Source of the DNA: Corallochytrium limacisporum Hawaii
Taxonomy: Eukaryota > Protista > Pluriformea
DNA: 64,000 nucleotides
Direction of reading: 5' to 3'
NCBI GenBank assembly: GCA_002811645.1
Contig: PDIP01000035.1
Coordinates: 248,001 to 312,000, forward strand
The notes under the pieces are model-generated. The model saw only the letters and a program-made list of their open reading frames with translations. It was not told the origin of the DNA and made no database searches. A program made the position numbers and the translations under genes. Shown here piece by piece: positions 1 to 10,313 of this stretch (its first letter is position 1; each line of letters begins with the position of its first letter).

Positions 1-89
1 GAGGCTTGCTCACATATACATAGAAGCCGTAAGTCTTGTGGATGTTAGTGGCTCTACTGGTTTAATTCTATGCATAGGTCACCGCATGC

Positions 90-1649
90 TCATGCCACTC
101 CAATATTATGGTAAAGCATGACGACGAAGGCAGCCGCCTGGTCGGAGAACTTCTTGGACTTCTGCCAGGTGGTGCACTTGTAGACGGTGTCATCGATCTT
201 GATGCTCGACCTGAACATGCGGTCCGGAGACTCTTCGATGGTGTACACCGGCTCCTTCATTTTGTTCTGGTCCCACTGAACAGGATTTGCTTTGCTTTGC
301 TGTGCCTTGATGTGTGCTTCCTTCTGTTGCTTTTTATACCATTCGTAGACGATATGTTTGGGGCTTAAATGACCGGACCGGTGTCCACTGACCCGCTTAT
401 CGCGGAACCGGCGTGGCTCGTATGCGGGATCCATTTCAATAACCATCTGTGCGGAGTCCTGTCTACGACGTTTGGCTTCTGGAGATCCGTCCTTTGCAGC
501 ATCCAGTTTTGCTAGCGATGCCTTGCGAATTGAGTCCCGATGGGCCTCCCAGGCATCAAAGTCTGGCTTAATCTCTTGGTAGATGTCTAAAGCCTTGGCC
601 ATCTCTAAGACGTCTCTGCCTTCCTGGATGTGCTCTGCGTAGACAGGCTCAGTGAGGCGCTTACGGAGGATCTGCAGCACAGAGTATTTGACATTGTCCA
701 ATTCCTCATCGTACATGACTGCAAGCTTAAGATATTCCTGGGCCAGAGTCACGTCATTGACCGTTTTACCATCGGCCCGAAACACAGAAGGGTCCCACTG
801 TGCGGCACGGGCGATCAGCACGCCTTCTGCTCCGCATTCCTCTTGGAATGCCACTGCAGTGCTCCGGTTCGTAATACTAGGGCCGTTGCCGTTGCAAAGC
901 ACTGTGCATCCAAGATCCTTGAGCGCTTCTGCTATCGGAACAATAAGATCAGGATGTGCTGCCTGCCTTGGTCGCTCGTGCACGAAACGGCCATGGATGG
1001 CCACGGCGCTCGCCCCAGCGTGGTACAGGCGTGCCACAAAATCACGCGTTTCTTCAACAGTAGGCAGCAGTCGAATCTTCGCAGTGACTGGTATGCTCAG
1101 ACCGTCAGCCAGAGTCCGCACAATTTCAACAGCGTTTTCCTGCTGGCCCAAGAGGGCAGCACCCATCCCTCCAGAGACGGAGTAGCCCTTTGGACAGCCC
1201 ATGTTCACATCCACCGCACAGACATCTTTTTCACACAATTTTGCTGCTTTCAGAGCACGTGGGCCGTTTGCAGTGCCCAGTTGCAGGATAACTTTGCCGG
1301 TTTCGACCTCGGGATCAATGCGCAGCAATATTCTACCCCCTGCCTGAATGAAATCAACCGTTTTCGTTGGGCCCGTGTTGACCTTACGCTCCGCGTGCAC
1401 CAGTCGGTGGTCAATGATCTCCTCTGTATAGACGTAATCTGCCCCGTTTTTCAAAGCAAGGACGCGATGTGACAGATTTGAACAGCGTACCATCGGCGCC
1501 ATGCACAATGCGCCCCGTAGAAAGCCTGGGAATGGAGCAGAAGCGCGTGTCAACGACCGGATTGCACCGGTGACCGCTGCCGCTCCACCATTCATGTCGC
1601 CAGACTCTGATGATTTCTGAAGATTCTTTCCCAGATCTTCAGCTCCCAT
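90..1649 (-). CDS. DUS2: tRNA-dihydrouridine(20) synthase with C-terminal dsRBD
   Basis: Dus motifs APMVR, LQLGTA, DVNMGCPK, GMGAAL, KIRL, AIHGR. The C-terminus (PKHIVYEW...PVY...FRSSIKID...KSKKFSDQAAA) resembles the human DUS2 dsRBD. Confidence 0.92.
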   Translation of the reverse strand: MGAEDLGKNLQKSSESGDMNGGAAAVTGAIRSLTRASAPFPGFLRGALCMAPMVRCSNLSHRVLALKNGADYVYTEEIIDHRLVHAERKVNTGPTKTVDFIQAGGRILLRIDPEVETGKVILQLGTANGPRALKAAKLCEKDVCAVDVNMGCPKGYSVSGGMGAALLGQQENAVEIVRTLADGLSIPVTAKIRLLPTVEETRDFVARLYHAGASAVAIHGRFVHERPRQAAHPDLIVPIAEALKDLGCTVLCNGNGPSITNRSTAVAFQEECGAEGVLIARAAQWDPSVFRADGKTVNDVTLAQEYLKLAVMYDEELDNVKYSVLQILRKRLTEPVYAEHIQEGRDVLEMAKALDIYQEIKPDFDAWEAHRDSIRKASLAKLDAAKDGSPEAKRRRQDSAQMVIEMDPAYEPRRFRDKRVSGHRSGHLSPKHIVYEWYKKQQKEAHIKAQQSKANPVQWDQNKMKEPVYTIEESPDRMFRSSIKIDDTVYKCTTWQKSKKFSDQAAAFVVMLYHNIGVA

Positions 1650-2261
1650 ACTCTCAAATTCTCAGTCATTTAATGTTTTTCGGCGTTCATTTCTGTCCCT
1701 TGAGACTACTGCTTTTGCCACTCACATGTCCGGGATGGTGCTTGCGAAACAAACCACCGGTCCTTATCTAACTATCCACGTTGCCAAATATTTCCGTTGT
1801 GTTCGTGTCCAGAGCATTTTCGTACGCACGACATTCTACGCTAATAGACCCAGGGGAACTGGTTCCAGGGTTCATGTACCCTCAATGGATACGGCATGTC
1901 CACGGCCACAGGTCAGGGAGACCCGCCCCACGCGCAGAGAGGGAGGGTGGGATTGTAAGGCGAAGTGAGGAGGGCGAGGGATCGGGCAGGTCCTTGAGAC
2001 TGTGTGGCCACTCAATCGGGTCTCAGATGTAGACAAGAGGTCTCAACTTTCCGGTTTAGGATCTTGGGGTAATCAGGCTCGTGTTTCCGAGTTATTCGTT
2101 TCTTTAGCACGTCAAAGAGGATGTCTTCAGTACATGTTTATACGAGGTAGGACAGAGCAGAGGAATGAAACAGACTACCTGTGGTGCAAGTCTCTAGGGG
2201 ACACTAGTACGAGTTCGAGTTCGTGGCAGGACCATGATATCAGCGGTAGCGCATTGCAGTC

Positions 2262-3380
2262 ATGGCTCCATCGTCACTGGCTGCCGTGGCAGGAGTCATA
2301 CTCGGCCTGCCTGTTGCACTAACAGCATTAAAGACAGGGATGATGGTTCTTGCACAAAATAAATTGATCTACGCCGGGTATTTACCACCTGGTTCAAGGT
2401 CGTCAGTGAACTTCCACGGGATCGAAAGGACTACAATGCGCGCAGATCCCTTCATAGTGGAAACGACAGACGGTAAGGCCAAGCTTCAGTGCTACTTGAT
2501 GCATGATCCAGCACGACTGGAAAGTATCGCATCATCAGTTGGTCGCGCACCGCTACGATATCACTGTCTGCTCTATTTTCATGGCAATGCAGGTAACATT
2601 GGACATCGCATGGAGCATCTTTGGGGTATCCTACAATCGTGGCCTCGTAATGATCCGTTAACTGACCGTCCAATCTACCCTGTGATCTTCGGCGTGGATT
2701 ATCGCGGCTACGGATTAAGCTCTGGAACAGCCACGGAAATTGGGCTCAGGAATGATGCAGTTTCCGTGCTGGAGACAACGCAGAAGCGCTTCAGAACGGT
2801 GCTGAAAGCAATCGGCAGTGCTGATTCAAGCACAGTTGAGTCCAACGACATAAGACTCTTTATCTACGGCCATAGTCTCGGCGGTGCCGTTGGTTTGCAT
2901 TGTGCTGCGACTGCACATCGGCTGCAACAGTCGTGCCGAGACACCAGATCCGCCGTTGATGGGTTGATCGTAGAGAATACTTTCACTTCCGTCCCGGAGG
3001 TTGCTCGCGCGTTCTACCCACGGTGGTCTATTCCGCACCGACTGTCTCATTCGCGCTGGCTTCTTTGGAATCGATGGGACTGTCGCACATCGATCAGTGA
3101 CATCGACCTCAGCCGGCTGCCCGTCCTCTTATTGAGCAGTTCAAACGATGATGTGCTACCGCCATCTATGATGGAGGAGTTGCGAGCTCTTCTGGTGGAG
3201 AAGGAGACGGCAAACTTCGACGATGGCGGAGATGAACAGAATAAGAATTGCGGCGGCAGAAGCAAAATCGTCTTCCAAGGCATAAAAGGCGGCCATCATG
3301 ACGATGGTTTTTTAAAACCGTACTATTGGGACGCCTGGAAGATGTTTCTCAAGCACAGCATTGGAGACAAAAATACATGA
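2262..3380 (+). CDS. ABHD13: ABHD13/Bem46-like alpha/beta hydrolase with N-terminal membrane anchor
   Basis: LYFHGNAGNIGHR, DYRGYG, nucleophile GHSLGG, IVENTFTS, C-terminal His (GGHHD), hydrophobic N-terminus. Confidence 0.85.
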   Translation: MAPSSLAAVAGVILGLPVALTALKTGMMVLAQNKLIYAGYLPPGSRSSVNFHGIERTTMRADPFIVETTDGKAKLQCYLMHDPARLESIASSVGRAPLRYHCLLYFHGNAGNIGHRMEHLWGILQSWPRNDPLTDRPIYPVIFGVDYRGYGLSSGTATEIGLRNDAVSVLETTQKRFRTVLKAIGSADSSTVESNDIRLFIYGHSLGGAVGLHCAATAHRLQQSCRDTRSAVDGLIVENTFTSVPEVARAFYPRWSIPHRLSHSRWLLWNRWDCRTSISDIDLSRLPVLLLSSSNDDVLPPSMMEELRALLVEKETANFDDGGDEQNKNCGGRSKIVFQGIKGGHHDDGFLKPYYWDAWKMFLKHSIGDKNT

Positions 3381-3476
3381 CACAAAATTTCTCTAAATGA
3401 ATAGGAACGGGACTGTCTTGTATTTAAGGCGAGATTATGAAGTCCATGATTGATTGGATATATGCGCATGAACATC

Positions 3477-6400
3477 CTAGTCTTCCCAGTTCTGGTACAT
3501 AGCAATAGCCTTCTTGACGGCAATCAATTCGTTGTCAAATGCCTCTTTCTGCTCGGCGTTTTTGGCGCGGACGTCAGCGGGAACCTTCTGCACGTAGCCG
3601 TCCATATCCATGCGCTTCGAGAGGTTCGCAATTTGAGACTGCAACTTGGTGACCTTGCCTTCGAGCTTCTTGATCTCCTTCCCTGGCTCCACAAGGCCCT
3701 TAATGTAGATATAAGCCTCGGCACGGTCACCCACAGTATCCATGGCACAGTGCTTTGGTGCGGCATCTTCACCGCTCATGAGGATCTGAACGCTTTCCAC
3801 ATTTGCCAGTGTGACAATGGTGCGTGCGAAGGGTTCAAGTGTAGGCTTCATGTCATGCACGTTGCACAGGATGAATGCAGCCGGCTTGACCTTGGGAGTG
3901 AGGTACTCACTCTTCAAAGACCGCAGGCGGCTCACACACTCCATAACCTCGCTGACCTGGGCCTCGATCTCCTCGTTACGCTGCGGTGCATTGTCAGCCT
4001 CCGGGTAGGCCGAGATGTGAATGGACGGGCACTTCTCGTCCGCATACCGGGGTAGACGCTGCCATAATTCCTCTGTCAAGAAAGGCATGAATGGGGCCAT
4101 GAGCTTCAGTCCCTGGTCCAGACAGTGGTACAACACGGCCCGGCTCCGTTTCTGACCTTCGACCTGCCAGTCCTTGGGCTCGGCATTATATGGGAAATAC
4201 ATCTTCATGTTCTCCAGGTAAATGTCACACAGATCGTACAACCAGAAGTTGTAGAGAGCAGTGGTGGCGTCCGGGAACATATACTCATTCATGGCCTTTT
4301 GCACGGTCACAATGCAGTAGTTGAGACGGCTCAGCATCCATGAGTCAATCGGGTTGGTGGGAGCCGGTCCCTTGTTGTTGATGCTGCTACCTTCAGGCTT
4401 GTAGTCCTTGCCCAGACGCATCAGGGCAAACTTGGTTGCGTTCCAAAGTTTGTTGCAGAAGAAACGGTAGCCTTGGAGACGCAAGACATCCAAGTTGATG
4501 TCACGGCCCTGGGCAGTATAGGCCATGAGACCGAAACGCATGGCGTCGGTGCCACACTGGGGAATGCCTTCCGGATAGTCAGCCTTCTGGCCGGCACGAG
4601 CCCTCTTCAGCTCCTTCGGGTCAAGGTTGCCGTTTTCGAGCTTCTCGTGCAGTCCCTCTAGGGAAATGCCAGTGATAATGTCACGCGGGTCAATGACATT
4701 GCCCAGGGACTTGGACATTTTGCGACCGTGGGCATCGCGAATCATGGCATGCAGGTAGACCTCCTGGAAGGGACACTGTCCGAGGAGGGCCCAGCTCATC
4801 ATGACCATTCGGGCAACCCAGAAGAAGATAATGTCATGGCCAGTCTCGAGCAGGGTATTCGGGAAAAAGGCCTTCATATCTGGTGTTTCGCGGGGCCAGC
4901 CCTGGGTCGCGAAAGGAAACAGACCAGAGCTGAACCACGTGTCCAGAACGTCAGGATCCTGCTCTAGGGTCAAGCGGCTCTCGTCTTCGATACCTGTCTG
5001 CTTCTTGGCCTGGGCCAGCGCGTCTTTCTGGTTACGAGCAATGACCCATGCCCCCCGCACGGTCTCGTCGCGTTCCACTGGCTGACCATCAACAAGAATA
5101 CGCCACGCAGGAACTCGATGGCCCCACCAGAGTTGGCGACTGATGCACCAATCACGGGGGTTCTCCAGCCAACGGCGCCAGGTCTTAACGTGGTCAACGG
5201 GGGTGAGATTGAGCTCACCATCCTCTACGTATTTCAGAGCAGCTGCGGCCATTTCGTCCATCTTGACGAACCACTGTGGTTTCAGCATAGGCTCCACAAT
5301 GTCCTTCGTGCGGGAACAGATTGGCAAGGTCATGTTGTGGGACTTGATTTCCTTCAACAAACCCAGTTCCTTCAGCTTCTCGCCGATGGTGATTCGAGCG
5401 TCGAAACGCATTTGTCCCTCGAACTCAGGCACCAAATCGTTGATTGTGCCGTTGTCGTTAAGCATACATAGCATGGGTAAGTTGTGGCGTTTGCCGGCTT
5501 CATAATCATTGGGGTCGTGGGCTGGAGTTATCTTTACAGCACCGGTGCCAAATTCCATGTCAACCAACTCTTTGTCCAAAATGATCGGCATGGCCTCCTT
5601 GCGAAGGGGATGCCAGACCTTGCGTCCGTGCAGATGAATATACCGCGGATCGTCTGGGTGGACTGCAACGGCAGTGTCACCGAGCATGGTCTCCAGACGT
5701 GTGGTGGCCACAATAATCTCTTCAGCACCTGCTCCAGGATCAGCATCTTCTTTGCCTTCAGGACAGATGCGATAGGCAAATTCCGTTAGGGTACCGAATG
5801 TGTACGACTCCTTGCTATGATTGGGCACGGGCATCTGTTTGTTGCCCTCAATTTCAATGTTGTCAACCTCGAGGTCACTGATGGCAGAATTCAGTTTTGA
5901 GCACCAGTTTACGAGGCGGGTGGCCCGGTAGATCTTGCCGTCGTTGTACAGACGAACAAATGCTTCCAGTACAGCCTCAACCATGTCATCATCCATGGTG
6001 AAGTTTGCGCGATCCCAGTCGAAGGAGGTACCCATGGCACGCAATTGATCGTAGATAATACCACCGAACTCATTCTTGTAGTCCCAGACACGTTTGAGGA
6101 ACTCCTCACGACCAAGATCATGACGGGTCTTACCCTCGAGGCGCTGCACGCGCTTCTCTACAACAACCTGAGTGGCGATGCCAGCATGGTCACAGCCCGG
6201 ATTCCACAGCACAGTCTCACCGCGCATACGGTGCCAGCGGGTTAAGGTGTCCTCGACAGCCATTGTCAGAGCATGACCAATGTGCAAGACGCCGGTGACG
6301 TTTGGAGGTGGGATCACCATTACAAACTTGCCCTTCGGATTCTCCGCCTGAACGTCCCGGCCGCCGTACTCAGGTTTGTAAAAGCCTTCCTTCTCCCACC

Positions 6401-6764
6401 ACTTGCCCCATGAGGACTCGACACGGCGGGGATCATAGCCAGCGTCCATCTCTTCGCCAAGGATCTTCTTCTCTCCCGGCTTGGTGGGATCTACCCAGTT
6501 GTCCTGCTTTGCAACAGCCTTGACCTTGGCCTTCTTCTCTTCCTTTGCCTTTCCATCTTTGGCTTTTCCATCACCACCCTTTGATTTCAGCTTCTCCTGT
6601 TTGGCCAGAAACTTTGCCAGCTTCTCCGCCTGCTTCTTGGCCTTGTTTGGATTGCTACTCAGAGTAGTTCCAAGGAACTCTTGGCCCGGAACCACATTCT
6701 CTGCAGCCTTCAGCGCCTCCTCGGCAGTCATCTGAGGCACAACCTGGGCCTCTTCGCCTGTCAT
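3477..6764 (-). CDS. VARS1: Cytosolic valyl-tRNA synthetase
   Basis: PPPNVTGVLHIGH, DHAGIATQ, GTGAVKITPAHD, DWCISRQLWWGH, KMSKS, C-terminal coiled coil. Start moved to the first ATG (gccATG, 6764); the track start at 6845 is GTG. Confidence 0.97.
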   Translation of the reverse strand: MTGEEAQVVPQMTAEEALKAAENVVPGQEFLGTTLSSNPNKAKKQAEKLAKFLAKQEKLKSKGGDGKAKDGKAKEEKKAKVKAVAKQDNWVDPTKPGEKKILGEEMDAGYDPRRVESSWGKWWEKEGFYKPEYGGRDVQAENPKGKFVMVIPPPNVTGVLHIGHALTMAVEDTLTRWHRMRGETVLWNPGCDHAGIATQVVVEKRVQRLEGKTRHDLGREEFLKRVWDYKNEFGGIIYDQLRAMGTSFDWDRANFTMDDDMVEAVLEAFVRLYNDGKIYRATRLVNWCSKLNSAISDLEVDNIEIEGNKQMPVPNHSKESYTFGTLTEFAYRICPEGKEDADPGAGAEEIIVATTRLETMLGDTAVAVHPDDPRYIHLHGRKVWHPLRKEAMPIILDKELVDMEFGTGAVKITPAHDPNDYEAGKRHNLPMLCMLNDNGTINDLVPEFEGQMRFDARITIGEKLKELGLLKEIKSHNMTLPICSRTKDIVEPMLKPQWFVKMDEMAAAALKYVEDGELNLTPVDHVKTWRRWLENPRDWCISRQLWWGHRVPAWRILVDGQPVERDETVRGAWVIARNQKDALAQAKKQTGIEDESRLTLEQDPDVLDTWFSSGLFPFATQGWPRETPDMKAFFPNTLLETGHDIIFFWVARMVMMSWALLGQCPFQEVYLHAMIRDAHGRKMSKSLGNVIDPRDIITGISLEGLHEKLENGNLDPKELKRARAGQKADYPEGIPQCGTDAMRFGLMAYTAQGRDINLDVLRLQGYRFFCNKLWNATKFALMRLGKDYKPEGSSINNKGPAPTNPIDSWMLSRLNYCIVTVQKAMNEYMFPDATTALYNFWLYDLCDIYLENMKMYFPYNAEPKDWQVEGQKRSRAVLYHCLDQGLKLMAPFMPFLTEELWQRLPRYADEKCPSIHISAYPEADNAPQRNEEIEAQVSEVMECVSRLRSLKSEYLTPKVKPAAFILCNVHDMKPTLEPFARTIVTLANVESVQILMSGEDAAPKHCAMDTVGDRAEAYIYIKGLVEPGKEIKKLEGKVTKLQSQIANLSKRMDMDGYVQKVPADVRAKNAEQKEAFDNELIAVKKAIAMYQNWED

Positions 6765-7919
6765 GGCTGCTATATATAAAGTGCTTTCAAACCCGGGATA
6801 CCGAAAATGGTTTGCAAGTCCAGTTTGGGATTTTGCCGTTTGCACACTTCGCGTTCAACGTCTTATTACTTTGAAATAGATGTGTTTGGCAACCACAAGT
6901 CGCTATTGTTAAAGTCATGCATGGTTCAGTCGCCTGCCAACAGATACAAACGCACACAAAATGCAAGAAGGGATATTCTGGTGGCAAACAAACAGGAGGC
7001 AAATGGGAAAGCCAAGCTTGGTCTAATTGAACTTTACACGCGACAGGCTTGGCACGGCAGAGTTTTGCTGCCTGTCAAGATGCCTTGCAGAAAACTGAAC
7101 GCATCGGTTGGTGATCCCTGACAGAGAAAGAAATCGTGCCTTGGTCTGGGTTGATGGTTCACTCGAAATCTCACACACACTGCCAACGCACGCACGATCA
7201 AAACACTATGAGATTTAGTACAAACTCACACACAAAACCACCTCGTCCCTTCCCGTCCCTAAACACAAAATCATTCTACCAATCAATCTCGCACAAACCG
7301 CCCCCCCCCCCCCCACATGCCGCCCCGCACAGCCGCGGGTTGTTCACGGGGCCTTGTGCCGTTTTAGTTGCCTTGCTGAATGAAATATAACTGTGCCCCT
7401 TATTAAATTCAATTAATTACTTCCTCCCTTCAAACGGGAGGGGGGGCGTCGCGCTTTGGGAGGGGGAGGGGATCCGGGGTCGATTCAAAACCCAATAATT
7501 CGGGGCCGTTATGGGGCGCCCGGAGAGCTGCGGACTCCATAGTGAAAGTACAGAAGATATTTCTACCGTTCGCCAAGCGCGCCAAAAAGTCAAAATTGAA
7601 AATCTCTCCCCCCGGGGTGGGGTGTTTGCAGGGAGGGTGAAGTACCTGGGACGGTATCACCCTGCGGGCGTACCTATGATCAGTCTTTTAGCGATGATAT
7701 GTTTGGTGTTGCCATTGGTTGGTTCAACATTTTATCCTTATTTATCATATGGTGTGATGTTAAGTACAGCTGTGTCAAATAATGTATTGTGATTTGAACT
7801 TGGCTCATGCAATGGAAGGTAGTTATTTAAGAAATGCCAAGAGAACCGGGCTGTAACACTGGAGACAGTCATCAGTATAGTTCTTCCGGGACGGTCATTC
7901 ATCTTTGTTCAAAGCAACC

Positions 7920-9293
7920 ATGCCGACTACAACGGGAAGAAGTCCGCTTTCTACGGTTCAGGGAGACAACCCCACCACCAACGGTTCGGGGCAAAAGTCG
8001 GAACTGACAAAAATTCCGCTTCCAAAATCGGGTGGTGGCATCCCGCTTCCCGCAAAGCCAGCGGCGCTCAAGCGTACCTTGGCCAGTGGACAGCGTCGAA
8101 GTCCATCTCTTCGTAGCCCTGCTCTAGAGAACCATTTGTCCAAGACTCGCTTTAACAGCACTCCGACGGCGTCCCCGATCTACACCAGCATCGACAATGT
8201 ACCGGAGCCAACCCCCAGTAAGAATCGTATTGTCCTCGACGACGATGACGACGACGACGATGATGAGGTCGAAGCCGCCATTACTGAACCGATAGAGAAC
8301 AAAACCATCGAAAATTTGAAAGAAAGCGGTAACATTGACACTCCAGGATCCACAACATCCCAGATCTCTCAAACACTCGTGAAAGAAGCGGTCAGTTCGG
8401 GTGGCGCAAGTTTTTTGAATAGCAACACTAAGGATACGGTCGTCCAGGAAAGCGCAGACACGCTAATAAGCCCTCTGCACCCCCCTCTTAAGAGTGTTCA
8501 GGGACAAAATGATGGTACTCCTCAGCCTGAGGAGCAAACTCCGATCCAGCAGAAAGGTGTGGAGGATTTTAAGGATGACGACCAACCAATCGTGTCACTA
8601 CTCGACACTGAAAACGTTATGCTCACTCCCAATTCGTTCAAGAAATACTCTGAGCGGGAATGGCGGGATATGACCAAGAAAATATACAGTGAGGCCAGCA
8701 AGGAGGCTGCGCTGCTGAACGACGAGTGTGAGAACCTGCAGAGCCAACTGACGAAGGAGAAGCAGACCCAGGACGAACTGCGTCGTGTTCTGAATGAATA
8801 CGAAAAGACTATTTCGTCAATGATTGCAGAGAAGAGCAAAGCGACTGAAAAATACGAGAGTGATATTGCTGAAATGCGAACTAAACATGGCGCAGAGGTT
8901 GAGCGGTTAAATCGTGAGCTGAACCAGGCACGGGAGAGCTACGACGACCTCAGCAAGCGCCATGAAAACATGAAGAGCTACGCACAGTCGTTTAAGGACA
9001 AGGAGGAGCAGCTGAAGGAGAGTCTGAGAGTTTCGGAGGCTGATCTGAAGGTCAGTGAACAGCGGTACGCGACCTTGAAGAGTCATGCAGAGACAAAGCT
9101 AAAGAACGCGGGATTGGAACTGGAGAAGATGGAAGATGCCTTCCGAACAGAGACCGCGGCACTGCGGGCCAAGGTGAAGCAGCTCGAGCTCTCCCAGGCG
9201 AGCATGAAGGACTCACTGGCTGCCAAAGAGAAGGAAAACAAGGAGTTGATGACCATTTGCGATGATTTGATAGCCAAAATGGACCAGAAATGA
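7920..9293 (+). CDS. TACC: Transforming acidic coiled-coil (TACC) family protein
   Basis: Disordered S/P/T/D-rich N-half. C-terminal coiled coil with QRYATLKSHAETKL and KEKENKELMTICDDLIAKM, matching the TACC domain terminus. ATG in accATG context at 7920. Confidence 0.88.
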   Translation: MPTTTGRSPLSTVQGDNPTTNGSGQKSELTKIPLPKSGGGIPLPAKPAALKRTLASGQRRSPSLRSPALENHLSKTRFNSTPTASPIYTSIDNVPEPTPSKNRIVLDDDDDDDDDEVEAAITEPIENKTIENLKESGNIDTPGSTTSQISQTLVKEAVSSGGASFLNSNTKDTVVQESADTLISPLHPPLKSVQGQNDGTPQPEEQTPIQQKGVEDFKDDDQPIVSLLDTENVMLTPNSFKKYSEREWRDMTKKIYSEASKEAALLNDECENLQSQLTKEKQTQDELRRVLNEYEKTISSMIAEKSKATEKYESDIAEMRTKHGAEVERLNRELNQARESYDDLSKRHENMKSYAQSFKDKEEQLKESLRVSEADLKVSEQRYATLKSHAETKLKNAGLELEKMEDAFRTETAALRAKVKQLELSQASMKDSLAAKEKENKELMTICDDLIAKMDQK

Positions 9294-9459
9294 AACGCAA
9301 GCAGCTGTTTTGGCTTGGCATTTGACAATCTCCCGGCAAGGCATGGCACTGGCTGCACCCTTGGCGGTGGCTCTCATCTTCAGCGCATGAATTGCGTTTC
9401 AATGATTCTATAAGTAACACTACACTGAAAGATTTTATTTCTAATTAGTTCAATGTTCT

Positions 9460-9909
9460 CTATGCCGCTGACGAGAAATCCTTATTGAGCTTCGATGCCA
9501 GTTGGGTCATCTTGAGCAAGTACGCAAAGCTGTTGTCCTCATCTGGTGGGTTCTCTCGTTCCCAGAGGTGAATCTTCTTGAAAGTGCCGGTAGCCCTCCA
9601 GGCCCGCCCATGGTCCTCGGTTACAGCCTTACGCTCCTCAGTCACGACAAGGCCGACGAATCCTTCCGGTATGTCCTCAGTACGACCGACAAGCTCTCTT
9701 CCCCGAAACCTGGCCTGCCAGATTCCTTCTCGATTGCTGTCCTGTTCGTGCCAGAAGTAGTCGTCTACTCGTGCCGGCCCATCGTACGCAATGTCAACGG
9801 GAAGCTGGTGCAATTTTATTTCCGCAGATTCACCCTTGTTCATAATGTTCTCCAATGAGTCCCCTCGGATCACTGTTGCGGTTGATTCTTCATTTGTAGA
9901 AATAGGCAT
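9460..9909 (-). CDS. RNASEH2C: Ribonuclease H2 subunit C
   Basis: LHQLPVDIAYDGPARVDDYF, FRGRELVG, PEGFVGLV, FKKIHLW motifs. Confidence 0.88.
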   Translation of the reverse strand: MPISTNEESTATVIRGDSLENIMNKGESAEIKLHQLPVDIAYDGPARVDDYFWHEQDSNREGIWQARFRGRELVGRTEDIPEGFVGLVVTEERKAVTEDHGRAWRATGTFKKIHLWERENPPDEDNSFAYLLKMTQLASKLNKDFSSAA

Positions 9910-10313
9910 GGTGTTGGCTTTGAGTGCAGTCTATTTCTTGTCATGTGCCAACTCGCCATTCATCAGTTACAAAAAACTCTCTTTCCTGTCCATACAACTG
10001 AGATTGTAACATGCGGAAAAAGATACAGTAGCTAGATACCCAAGGGCCACAGTTTTTACACCTCCACTGGGGTGTGGATTACCAGACCCCTGAAGGCGCT
10101 CCAGTGGTCCCAATCCCCACCTTCTACCGCCCGTAAATTCCACGGCGACTGGGCGCGAAAACGGAGCAGAGGTGTGCGGAAGGGGAAGGGAGTCCATTTT
10201 TACATTGCCAGACCCACAAGGTTCTCATGTCAAGTGAATGTAATCCAATGGTCAATACTAGCACGCTGTATTCTCAAATGAAAGGAGACGCTTAAATTCC
10301 TCTAGCGAAGCAG

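Noticed and set aside
6765-6845. Upstream GTG extension of ValRS as a mitochondrial presequence
   Set aside because: Only 27 codons, few Arg, contains an acidic residue, and the ATG at 6764 has strong context. No support.
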